Positions 11,647 to 23,295 of a stretch of DNA of 64,000 nt are shown here, in pieces. Within the stretch, counting starts at the first letter, position 1. Each line of letters opens with the position of its first letter. Made by a program: the position numbers and the translations under genes. Source of the DNA: the human T2T-CHM13v2.0 reference genome, Homo sapiens. Below the pieces are notes generated by a model. The model was not told the DNA's origin. It did not search any database and worked only from the letters and a program-made list of their open reading frames with translations. The stretch lies in the NCBI RefSeq assembly GCF_009914755.1, contig NC_060938.1, one strand, 5' to 3'.

Positions 11647-14600
11647 GGTGGATATAGGCCCCAGGTAAACACCAGGCCCCAGGTGGACATCAGGGCTCAG
11701 GTGGACATACAGGCTCCAGGTGTATATCAGGCCCCAGGTATATACCATTTTCCTGGTACGTATTAGTAACCAAGGGGACACTGCACTCCAGGTGTACATC
11801 AGGATCACAGGTGGACACCTAGGCCCCATATGGACACCAGCCTACAGGTGAGCATCAGGCTGTAGGAGGATACCCAGGCCTTACGTAGATATCAGGCCCT
11901 ATAAGGACACCAGGTCTCAGGTGGACATTAGGGCCCAGCTGGGGACTCAGTTTCTAGGAAGACACCCAGGCCTCAAGTAGCATCAGGGCCAAGGCGGATA
12001 CTAGACTCCACGTGGACATCAGGCCCTAGGTGGACACCTGGGTCCCTGGTGACCATCAGGCCCCAGATTAACTGCAGGCCTTAGGTGAACATCTGATCCC
12101 AGTTGGATATCAGGCCCCAGGAGAACATCAGTCCCCAGGTGGATATCAGCTTCCAAGTTGACATCAGGTCACAAGTGGACACCGGACTTGAGGTGTACAT
12201 CAGGCCTCAGATGGACACCCAGGCCCCAGGTGTACAGCAGGCTCAGGTGGAAATCAATGCACAGGTAACACCATGCCCTAGGTGGTTACCTAGGCTTCAG
12301 GTAGACATCAGACCCCAGGTGGACACCTGGGTCTCAGGTGGTCATCAGGCCCTAGGTGGAAACTCAGGTCCCAGGTGCACATCACACTCCAAGTGGACAC
12401 CCAGGCCCCATGGTGATACCCAGGTTCCAGGTGGGCACTGGGCCCCAGATGAACACCAGGCTCCGGGTGGATACCAGAACCTGGGTGGACACCCAGCTCT
12501 GAGGTGGATATCGGGCTCCAGGTGGACATCAAGCCTCGGGTAGATATCTAGTCCCCAGCTGGACACAAGACCCCAGTTCGACACCAGACCCTTGGTGGAT
12601 ACCTAGGTCTCGGGTGGAAGCATCTCCAGCTGAACATCACGCTCCAGGTGGACACCCAGGCCCTAGGTGAACACTAGGTCTTAGGTGGACATTAGGCCCC
12701 AAGTGGACAACCAGGTCCCAGGTGGACACCCAGCCTTAACATGGACATCAGGCCCTAGGTAGACAGCAGATTCAAGGTGCATATGAGGCTCCCGATAAAC
12801 ACCGGTCCCCAGGGAGACCCTTGTCCCCAGGTGAACACCAGCATCGAGGAAGACATCCACCTCCACCTGCACATCATTCCCCAGGTGTATACCTAGGCCC
12901 TATGGGAGCACCAGGCCCCAAGTGAGTACATAGATCCCTGGTGGCCATTAGGCACCAGGTTGACACCTAGGGCTTAAGTGGACATGAGGCCCCAGATGAA
13001 TGCTCGTCCCCAGGTGGATAAATAGGCCTCAGGCATACATCAGATCTGAAGTCTATACTCAGTCTTCAGGTGGACACTGGGCCCCAGGCAGACACCAGAC
13101 CCCAGGTGGATACCAGGCTCTATGCAGACACCAGTCTGCAGGTGGACAGCAGGCCCCAAGAAGACATTATGCCCTGGGTTGACACCTAGGCTTCAGGGCA
13201 ACACTAGGCCACAAGTGGTTACCTATGCCCCAGGTGGACATCAAGCTTTAGTGGAATTGCTAGTCACCAACTGAACATCAGGCCACAGGGGGATGCCCAG
13301 GCTCTAGGTGAACACCAGGTCTCACGTGGACATTAGGCCCCAGGTGAACAGCAAGCTCCAAGTGAATACCTAGGTTCCTCGTGAACATCAGGATGCAGGT
13401 GGCACTCAGGACCTACACTCAGGCCAAAAGCGGAAATCAGAACATATGTGGACACTCGGGGCCCAGGTGGCTTTCAGTCCCCAGGTTTATATCACTTTCC
13501 TGGTAGACTTCAGTACCCATGTAGACACTGGACTTCAGGTATACATCAGGTTCCTAGGTGGACACCCAGGCCCCAGGTGGACACCAGACTTCAAGTGGAC
13601 ATCAGACCACAGGAGGACACCCAGGCCCCAGATAGATATCAGACTCCAGGGGAACACCCAGGCCTCAGGTGGACATCAGGTCCCATGTTAATTCCAGGCC
13701 CCAGATGGAACTCAGGTCCCACCTGGACACAAGTCCTTAGGTAGATACACAGGCCCTGTAGGCCCTGGGGAACATCAGGCCTTAGGTGAAGTTCTAGGCT
13801 ACAGGTGGACATCTTGCTCCAGTTGGACATCTGGTCCCAAGTGGACATCAGTCTCCAGGTGAACACAAAGTCCCAAGTTGGACATCAGCCACCAGGAGGA
13901 CTTTAGTCCTCTGGTGAACACCAGCTCCCAGGTTGACATCAGGCTACAAGTTGACACCTAGGGACATGTGGCCCCATATGAACACCAGTCCCCAGTCAGC
14001 TAGGGCCTGGGTCCTCCTGGAGCCTGATGCTTAGCTAGAGACTGGATATCCACCTGAGGCCTAGGTATCTACCCAGGGACTGGTGTCAAAGTGGGGCCTG
14101 ATATCCACCTGGGGACTAGGTATCCACCTGGGGCTTGATGTCCACCTCGAGCCAGATGACCTTCCGGAGTCTGATGTCCACCACAGGCCTGGGTGTCCAT
14201 CTGGGGCCTGGTGTTGATTTGGATTCCAGTGTCTACCTGGAACCTGGGGCCATGTTGTGCACTTGGAGCGTGGAGTTTTCATCTGGGGCCTGGTAGACAT
14301 CTGGCCCCAGTAAACATCAGCGTGGGGCCTTGTTGTCCACTTAGAGCCTGGAGTTTTCACCTATGGCCTGAAGATCACCTGGGACCCAGGTGTCCACCTA
14401 GGACATCAGGCTCCAGGTGTACACCCAGGCTCCAGGGTACAACAGGCCACAAAAGAACTCCAGACCATATTAAACACCAAGTCTCAGGTGGATGCCCAGG
14501 CCCCATGTGTACACCAGGCCCCAAGTAGACAGTGGACGCCAGCTGAACATTAGCCCCAAGGTTGACACCCATACTACAGGTGGATATCAGGCCCCAGGTG

Positions 14601-14770
14601 AACATAAGGCCACAGATAGACATCAGGCCTCAGGTGCACATCTGGCTCCAGGTAAACATCAGGCCTTAGGTGGATACCCAGTCCCCAGGTGGACATCAGA
14701 GAAAAGGTTGACACAAAAAAATCCCAGTGGGTATCATGTCCCAGTGGACATCCAGGCTCCAGGTAAATAA
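11647..14770. repeat. Degenerate ~18-20-bp minisatellite, consensus about AGGCCCCAGGTGGACA(T/C)C, with an internally inverted segment
   Basis: Unit GGCCCCAGGTGGACATCA or GGACACCCA repeated over about 3.1 kb. Between 14000 and 14401 the reverse complement TGATGTCCACCTGGGGCC is read. Confidence 0.95.
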
Positions 14771-15225
14771 CCCCAGCCCCACCATAACAATAACCACCGT
14801 AACAAGAAATGGTAGGCCTAAATACCATCATGCTCCTTGCTCACAAAAGGATGCTTAGATATTTTATTCAAAATACAACTCCATTCATCACTCTGAGCAG
14901 CAATATGTAGAAAGGAAAAGAAAAATAAACCAGGCCTCAAGGAATCCATCCAAACTGAGGTACATATTATAAAGGACAGAAATTCCCAAATGAAATGTTA
15001 TAGTTGACATAGAATAGTCTTTAAAACCCACTAATTTTCTCGCACATTTAATACAAAGCATTATTTCCAGAGACTGAACCTAGAAAGAATTGCTTAAGAC
15101 TAGGAGTCTTGTTCCAGCCTAGATCCCACACTGTTGAACATCTACACTTAGTACACCACATTATACATAGCACTGACATGACCTGTGTGCATTTAATTTT
15201 CTAATACTTGTTCATCTGTGGCATA

Positions 15226-15336
15226 CTTTATATATTTATTTATTACATATATATTATTTATTATATATTATATATATATATTTATTACATATATAACATG
15301 TATACATACACACAAGTACACACACACAAAGTATAT
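15226..15336. repeat. (TA)n/(CA)n AT-rich simple repeat
   Basis: tatatatttattattacatatatatt...tatacatacacacaagtacacacacac. Confidence 0.85.
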
Positions 15337-15644
15337 AAGGGTAGGATAGTAAAATTGTGCAGTAACGTTTCTTGTGAAAGTGGTGGAAAGTGGATTGCGT
15401 TGGCGACATGCTGGAATGTGCTTCCATTGGCAGAAGTAAGGCTTTCAAAACTAGTCGTTTTCATTTTTCTTCAGCAACTTGCGAATATTAATAATTGAAG
15501 ATGTGTTGGTATAAAAATAATCATAATAATCACAATGAAGTGCTGTTAATAATTATATCACAAGATATAATAAACGTTATAGATATTATAAGTTGTCAAA
15601 AAAAGAAGATGTCATAAAATCTTTGAGATGATTGACACGTTAAA

Positions 15645-16560
15645 TGCGGCCTCCTGTGCTGCCATGGGGCGCCTCTCGCTGAGTTCTTGGCGGTGCTCAC
15701 CCTACTCCACCTGCTCAGCCCAGGCTCCTACACCCCCGGAGTCGCGCCATGGGAGCGAGGACCTTGCCGCGGCCCTAGACAAGGACAATGAGGAAGGGGT
15801 GCACGTGGAGTCCCCGCGGATAGGCTGGACGCCGGGCAGAAGCCTTTGCGGGGGTGCGCAGCCTCCTCTGGAAGCCCTGGTCGCTGCCCGGTGCCTGCTG
15901 CGCCCTGCGAGCTCCGTGGCGGTGGAGCCAGGCCTGCGCTGCCGGCTCTTGGCCCTGCCTGCGGACCGTCTGCCCTCTGTCTGCCCCTGGGGCCCGGGCC
16001 TCAGCTGGCCCGGAGTTCCTGATGTTAGCTGACGATGGGCTGGCCTCTGGGACTGGGTCGTGGGCCTCATGCAGTGGCCGCCGCGACACCAGCGCCAGGC
16101 CTCCCCGCGGTGCTGCTGGCGATGCGGGATGCCGGGGCTCGGGGTCTGCTGGGCCCCCTGGCGCTGCGAACCCCGTCACCTTCCATCGCGGCCACCATGC
16201 TGCCCACTGGTCAGCCCTGGTCTGCAGCCTTCCTGGTACCACTCCGGCCCCAAGGAGGCATTATTCACAGCCGCTTGCGACACCGGGGCCGCCTGAACCT
16301 CCGCCAGGGCTGCGCCGCGCAAGTGGCTCCAGCCAGCCAGCCCTGGCCCATGAACAGGACTTTCCGCTCCCCGAGAAGATCGCCCTCGGCAGGCATACAC
16401 GGCCATGGAGGATGCAGCGGATACCTTCCAAAGTTTGTGGACACTCTTGTGCCACACCAAAAGTTTCACCATCAGCTGCGATGCCGACTGGGGCGCAGAG
16501 ACCCCTCCGGGATGTGGACCAGGCAGTGCCTTTGCTGGGCATCCGCAGTGCTGACCACCC
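15645..16560. promoter_or_regulatory. CpG island, no recognisable linked gene
   Basis: About 0.9 kb of GC-rich, CpG-retaining sequence (CCGCGG and GCGC sites) bounded sharply by AT-rich DNA. AATAAA at 16646 and a (GA)n/A-rich tract at 16660-16705 follow. Confidence 0.8.
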
Positions 16561-18019
16561 CAAGTGCAGACCCTCACTTCGTGTTACTCCTACTCCACGT
16601 TCCACATCCAAAGTTCTCTCACCATTTCTAAGCAGGAGAAATCAAAATAAACTGAAATCAGAAAGAAAGAGAGAGAGAGAGAGAAAGCCATGAGCAAAAA
16701 AAAAGAGCAAAACCTTTTGGAAAGCGTAAAATGCCTCAAAGCCAAAAACTAATTATTATCTCTTTAAACCTTCTGTACTTCTCCAATGATGAATGATTTA
16801 TTTTTTTTAACCACTGGCAATTCATAATTATTAACTTCTCTGGCATTAATGAATAGAAATTGAATCACATGTGGGAGTATAATTTGTATTATATGAAGCT
16901 TTTCATATTTTAAAAAATAATTGTCCAGTTTTTCTCTGTGGATTAACAATTAACGGAAAATTTTCAACATTGCTGTGTTAATGTCTCCTGAGATAATTAG
17001 ATGTGAATAATTTTTATAAACAGAATTTCGTGGGTGGAATTTCTCATCTTCAGGAGCTCCAAAAATAACCGTGTCCCAAGAGAACTGTGAATTTGGGAAC
17101 TGCAAGATCTGAGTCCCAACTTGTCCAGCCTGGAAGCTTTTTGGGTGATCACTCTTGTAGGTGAATTCACTGCCTTCTGTTGAAGAGCCAGTGAGAGCCT
17201 GGGGGTTTCAACCTGCAAGAGCCTTACCATTTTAAGGTTAGCATTAACAATGATTAAAAGGCATACTTTTTTGATATTCTCCGTATGTAATAAAAATAGT
17301 TACCAAGACAAAGCAAAGTGTGAGTGGTGACTATTGAGAAGACCCTTTCTATCTTTGCTGGATTCCCAGAGATTTCTGGGTTTCTTTTGGAGTCAACAGT
17401 ATTTCCATGTTAATTCTGAACTCTTAAAACCCACAATATGAGTTGCAGCCAGTGACTAGTGTTGCAGCTTGTTAAACTGATCACTGGTGGTAGAGCCTTT
17501 TCGTTCCGCTCACTTCTTAAAAGGTCAACTTGGTCAGGGATTAGGGCTACCTTACCAGAAATAAGCAGTTAGGAATCAAGTAAAGGAGTCAGCTAAAAGC
17601 TTAATTACTAAGTAGTGAAGTCACAGCTAGATGGTTGTTGATCTCATTTTCTCTCTGCTGCTGATTTCAAGGATTTATACCGTGTTTTGATGTAACATAG
17701 AATGTATACTATGAAGGACAAATAGTCTGTTAGCTTCTTGGAGCTATACTCTGTTACTGGAGCAGGGGACAACAATTTGAAGGACATTACTACTTAGACA
17801 GTTTAGTCTGCCTTTGGCTAGAATAAACTTCAAGTTCCAAGGGCTGGGTTCAGTTGTTATGCAAATTTAGATTGTTGCGGTAAAATTTCCAAAAAAAAAA
17901 AAAGGATAGGACTCTTTAGATGAAATACGAATTTAACTGTATTTGAACCCTGTTGAAGGCCAGACAAATTTAGGCAAAATCCCACGACTGAATACTCTGT
18001 GATGAGTCCCTTTAAATTC

Positions 18020-18580
18020 CAACATATAATCTATGTTGGTAAATATGATACGTGCACTGGAAAAGGATGTGTATTCAATAGTTGTTGAGTGTCGCGTTCT
18101 GTATATGTCAGTTTATGTCAAGTTTGTTCATTGTGTTCATCAAATCTCCCTTTCTCTTATGGATTTTTTTCTGTTGGTTCCATCGGTAATTGAAAGGTAT
18201 GTTAAAATCTATATTGTAGATTAGTCTATTTTTCTTTTAGTTATATATCAGTTTCTTTAGTAAATAATTTGAAGGGATATTTTATATTTATACATATTTA
18301 AAATTGGAATACTTTTCTAGTGACTGACATCGTAAAATCTTTTTTATCTTAGCAATATTTCTTTGCTTAAGTCTAAACTGTCAATAATAACATAGCAACA
18401 TGAGCTTTGTGCTGATTAGTGTTTTCAGACATGTTTTCCACTGTTTTACTTCCAAATGTCTGGATTCTTGTATTCAGATAAATTAATTGAAACATACAAA
18501 ATAAATATAATATAAAACATTAAAAAGTAAATATTCTAAAAATCCAACCAGAGATGTTTCACTTCTAATTGAAGTGTTTA
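18020..18580 (-). mobile_element. Old L1M fragment
   Basis: GCACTGGAAAAGGATGTGTATTC...GTTCTGTATATGTCAGTT antisense L1 ORF2 phrases. Confidence 0.6.
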
Positions 18581-18659
18581 GGACCACGGCTCTCACACTG
18601 TGTGCTAAGGTGCCCTGAGATGCTGTGTTTAACTGACAGGGGCACTAGAGGATAGCGTG

Positions 18660-18855
18660 TGAGTATGTGTATGTGTGTGTGTGTACCTGAGATGGGGGTC
18701 TCACTCTGTCCCCCAGGCTGGAGTGGAGTGGTGAGGTCTTTGCTCACTGCAGCCTCTGCCTCCCTGAGTAGCTGGGACAACAGGCATGCACCACCATGCC
18801 TGGCTAAGTTTTGTAATTTTAGTAGAGACGTGGTTTTGCCATGTTGCCCAGGCTG
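18660..18855 (-). mobile_element. Deleted AluJ/FRAM-type element with a (TG)n tail
   Basis: GAGATGGGGGTCTCACTCTGTC...CAGGCTGGAGTG...GCTCACTGCAGCCTC...CATGTTGCCCAGGCTG. Confidence 0.8.
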
Positions 18856-19174
18856 TATATTTTTGAGGGAAATAAAGCAACATTTGCTGGAGACCTTAAG
18901 AACTACTAGCCTGAGGCAGTTCATAGTTTCAAAAGTAGTTAGTGAGAAGTGCATTTCTTTACCTTCAGGGTGGGTGTTGTTAATTACCGCGATGAAAGGA
19001 GGTATTGTGCTAAAGTCAGTGTGGAATAGGAATAAGGTCCAGTGGTTGAGATCCAGTCCGATTTTAAGATTTGAAAAGTTGTGCTGTGTGCCCAACAGGC
19101 ACACACATCCCAATAGTAAGTAAATTGTGCTTTTTAAAGAAAGAAACAAAAATACTGTTTCTACTTCCATTGTG

Positions 19175-20240
19175 TGTTATTTTTTATATGTACTTGCAAA
19201 TCCATCACCAAAATAAAAATAATGAACATATCCAGCACTCATAAAAGTTTCCCCTTGCCCTTTTATAATCCCAAACTTTCTGTATCTTCCTACCTTACCA
19301 CTCTCCCTGGAAATCACCAATCTGTCACTATAAAATAGTTTGCCTTGTCTAGACATTTATATAAATGAAGTGTAGTATGGACCCTTTTTTGGAGGGGTCT
19401 GGCATCTTTCACACAGCATAATTATTTTGAGATTCAGCTATATTGCAGGCATCAATAGGTCATTAATTTTATTACTGAGTAGTATTCTATTGTGCAGATC
19501 GGTCACAATTTATATATCCATTTGCCTGTTGATAGGTTTTTGCATTGCTTCCGGTTTTGGACTAATACAAATACATTTGCAATGAACATTCATGTACATA
19601 AGTTCTTCTAACTTTGAGTAAATATTAGGAGTGTAATAGCTAATAGGTTTAGGTTTAGTTTTAAGAGACTGTCAAAATGTTTGCCAAAATGGTTGTACCA
19701 TTTTATATTTTTATCAGCAGTATATAAGAATTCCACACTCTTGCCAACACTTTGTATGGGCCTTCTTTTAAAATTTTAGACATTTTCATGTGTGTACAAT
19801 AGTATTTTATTGTGGTTCCATAATGCCTAATAATATGTAGTATCTATGTACTTACATGCCATCTGTATATATTTGGTAGAGTGTATGTTCACATTTTTTT
19901 TGCTTCTTCCTTTTTTGTTTTTTTCTTTGCTTATTTTCTCATTATTAAATTTAATAGTTTCTTTACATACTCTGGATTCAAATCCCTTATTAGATATGAG
20001 ACTTGCCAGTATTTTCCCCTTGAGTTTTCTTTTTTGCTCTCATAACACTATCTTTCAAATAGCAGATGCTCTTAATTTCGATGGGGTCCAATTTATTAAT
20101 TGTTCTTGTGCATTTGGTTTTTGGGGCTTCATCTAAGACATTTTTGATTAATTGAATATTACAAAGATTTTTTTCTGTATTTTCATCTAAAAGTTCATAG
20201 CTTTTAATACTTTATTTTATATTTAAGTCAATGATCCTAT
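19175..20240 (-). mobile_element. L1MB/MC 3' region
   Basis: CACACAGCATAATTATTTTGAGATTC, CCAAAATGGTTGTACCATTTTA, CTGGATTCAAATCCCTTATTAGATATG. Confidence 0.8.
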
Positions 20241-20264
20241 AAGTGACAGAGCTTTAACTCAAGT

Positions 20265-20690
20265 CTCTGTCATGCATAGCTGGACCCAGAGGCTTACATA
20301 AAATCATCAAGAAATTGTTCTCCTTCTTTCTCTTGACACTTTTCCTTTTGTTTTAGCCTCATTTTTTACTTCTGAAGATGACTCTCTTCTCTGTCTGTAG
20401 CAAGAGATAGTGCTCCAGATACCACTTTACTTTGTCCTCACAGACCACAGTGGTAGAAAAAGCAAGAGTCCTTCCTGATGATTCCAAAAAAAAAAGTACT
20501 GAAACAGTTGCTATGATCCAAGGGTAGAGTCTTTTGCCAGAGCTGGACATCATGATCACCTCTAGGGCTGGGGCTAGTAGGTTGGGTCAGGCCCAGTTGG
20601 TGCTCATTGAAATGGTCCTCAAAGAAAAGGGGGGCTCTCAAGAGGACAATTTCTGAACACCCCACCAAAAAATAGCCACTGTGTACATAT
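20265..20690 (-). mobile_element. Old MaLR LTR fragment (MLT1-type)
   Basis: GCTGGACCCAGAGGCT...AAAAAGCAAGAGTCCTTCC...AGGGCTGGGG pattern. Confidence 0.4.
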
Positions 20691-21474
20691 CTACAACTCC
20701 TTGCCATTTTATAAGCAACTGGTTGGGTGGAAAATGACTAGAAATTCAGTTGTCATTAACTTTCCTTTATAATGTCAGTAGAATGAGCCATACATTTCAC
20801 ATGGTGTGGGTTATGTCCATGATAGTCATTTCCGTATATTAAGTATCAATTTGGAGTATCATCTGAAGAAATACACTATTTTGTGATGTTATCCTTAAAT
20901 TAATATTTTTAGGATAAAGAATTATAGGATGAAAGAAAAGTCTAGGATAGAAATAAAAGAATAGAGAAAATGGGAGCATGGATATACTGCAGAAAATGGC
21001 CAAACAGGAAAAGTACTTGTGAGAAATATTGAAGTACATAATTGATATCACATAGACCTCCAGGAAATTACAACTACTGGCATAAGAATAAACTATCTGA
21101 ATAGTCTTTGCTAATACTGAGTCTTTCTGCTTGCAAAAGAAGTAAGAATGGTAAGGAATTGGGACATTGTTCAGATAGGCCTCAATGCATTTATTCATTT
21201 GCTTGTTGATGGGGTTTGGGGGTATTAATGAAGGATGTTAATAAATAATAATGGGCATGTTAGGTAATCATAATTGATTTGTCCATTTGGTCTGAAGAAC
21301 ATTTTGCCTACCTTCTTTTTTGTCGAGGGATTCATTTTTAATGTCATGTTGGATTCTATGGCTTACTAAATGTGTAACTGCCTATTTATGGATTCTGAAG
21401 AATTTTATAAAATGTATTTGCCAAACATTTTGAAAGCTTAGAACTTCTCCAAGGAAGAAGTTCCTTAATGCTTT

Positions 21475-21670
21475 AGTGCTGCCCTGACAAATATGGTAGC
21501 CACAGCCATGTGAATATTAAGCATTTGAAATGTGGCTAGGCTGGACCGAGATGTGCTGTCAGGGTAAAACACACACCAGATTTTGAAAACTTAGTAGGAA
21601 ATAAAATTAAACATATCTAATTAATAACTTTTATGTTGGTTAGACATTGAAATAATATTTTGTTTGTATT
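21475..21670 (-). mobile_element. MER33/MER3-type hAT-Charlie MITE fragment
   Basis: ATGGTAGCCAC...TTGAAATGTGGCTAG...GAGATGTGCTGT...AAAACACACACCAGATTTTGAA. Confidence 0.8.
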
Positions 21671-21739
21671 TTACATATAAATATACACTCATGTGTATGT
21701 GTAATTAATATCTTCATATGAAATACTTATCAATTACAA

Positions 21740-22180
21740 TTGGAAGAATGATGACTTTGTGGTGGAGAAATCTGGCTCAAACTTGGTCATGTTCCTCCTG
21801 CTGTGATGTCCTAGGAAGACCACAGCATTATTTCTGCGGTTTTCTTGTGAAAGATACATGACCTAAGTCTGGATGTTGGAAACACATCAGATGGAAAAAG
21901 GTGAACACATCCTTCATAAATGCTTATGCTCTTTAAAACTCTTAAGTTTATGAAAAATAGGGCAAAACAGAGGAACTCTTTGAAGTTGAAGGAGCTTAAG
22001 AGACATGACAGTTAATGCAATGGGAAATCCTGGATTGGATCCTGGATTACAAAGTTCAAAAAAATGTATTTAGGGCACACCTGAGAAAATTTGGATGAGA
22101 TTATAGCATCTGTTGATTGGACCGTAGTGTTGGGTGAATGCTGATATCCTGATGTGGATGATTATATTCTGGTTATGAGA
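21740..22180 (+). mobile_element. L1MC/MD 3' UTR fragment
   Basis: GTGGAGAAATCTGG...AGAGACATGACAG...AATGCAATG...ATCCTGGATTGGATCCTGGA. Confidence 0.7.
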
Positions 22181-22189
22181 ACTTTTCCC

Positions 22190-22780
22190 AGATTCCTCAT
22201 CGTTTGCCCAGTAGGTTCATGGACAATGTGGCGATGGTAGCAGGCGAAGATGGTACATGTTTCCAATAACATGAACTTCCCTGCAGCAGTGCTGCCTACT
22301 GCCCAGATGAGTGCCCTGACTGCCAACAATGAGCAATGCTGAGACCCTGGAAAGAGGAACTACCTTGCCTAGACCAGACAGATTTCTGATAATGTTGTAA
22401 TAATATTTTTTCCCTTCCTTCATGGAAGTGGTAAAGAATTGCCCTCACTGGAATAGATGCATATAGGAATATGGACTCCACTTCATAGGCTTCTCATAGC
22501 ATCAAATTATTTACATTTGCTGAGTTCTTATTCTCTGCTATCATGCAATTGCTACTGATGATGGAGCTTATTTTACAAAAAAAGAAGTGATGCCATGGGC
22601 TTCAGCCCATATTTATTGGTCTTGTGACATCCCACATCACTCAGAGGAACATGACCTCACAAGAATCAGTTACTTCACCAACTGTGAGACCCTGAGGGGC
22701 TGGGTTTCTATCCTACAAGATGTGTTAGATGCCCTGACCCAAGAGCCCTCATACCCAGAATTCATGGTTCCATGTAGCAA
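22190..22780 (+). mobile_element. Fossil ERVL (class III ERV) pol/integrase fragment
   Basis: Translates to DECPDCQQ (zinc-binding end) and IATDDGAYFTKKEVMPWASAHIYWSCDIPHHSE...TLRGWVSILQDVLDALTQEP. This resembles the HERV-L/MERVL integrase core (IASDQGTHFTAKEV..WA...WSYHVPHHPE...TLQGWG.VLQ.AVYALNQ.P). Confidence 0.8.
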
Positions 22781-22786
22781 GGATCA

Positions 22787-23295
22787 TTGTGATGGTGGTG
22801 ATGATGATGATGAGGATGGTGATGGTGAAGGTGGAGGTGATAATGAAGTGATATGTTGAGGATGATGAAGGTGATGATGATGGTGAGAGTGGTAAAGGTG
22901 AACATGGTGATGGTGAGAATGGTGATGGTGGTGATTGTGATGGTGATGATAAGGATGGTGATGGCGAAGGTGGTGATGATAATAGTGATATTTATGGTGA
23001 GGATAATGGTGATGATGATGAGGATGATGATGGTGAGAATGGTGATAGTGATGATGATAGTGATGGTAATGATGATAATGATGACGATTATGAGGATGGG
23101 GAGGGTGACAATAATTATTATGGTGAGGATGGTGATGGTGAAGGTGGTGATAACGATAGTGATAGTTATGGTGAAGATGCTGGTGTTGATGATGGTGAGA
23201 ATGGCGAGGGTAAGAATGGTGATGGCGACGATGATAGTGTTGGTGATTGTAAGGATGGTGATGGTGATCATGGTGATGATGATGATAGTGCTGAC
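22787..23295 (+). repeat. Degenerate (GAT/GGT)n tract, related to 3022-3478
   Basis: Continuous GATGGT/GATGAT triplets sharing diagnostic interruptions with the first tract. Confidence 0.95.

Noticed and set aside
11647-14770. Minisatellite as a CRISPR array or as a coding hexapeptide repeat (VDIRPQ, CDR1-like)
   Set aside because: The context is eukaryotic with no unique spacers or cas genes. Mixed 18/19/20-bp units constantly shift frame and stops are frequent.
15628-16693. 279-aa, 198-aa and other ORFs in the CpG island
   Set aside because: Long overlapping ORFs in most frames are expected from high GC content, and none resembles a known protein.
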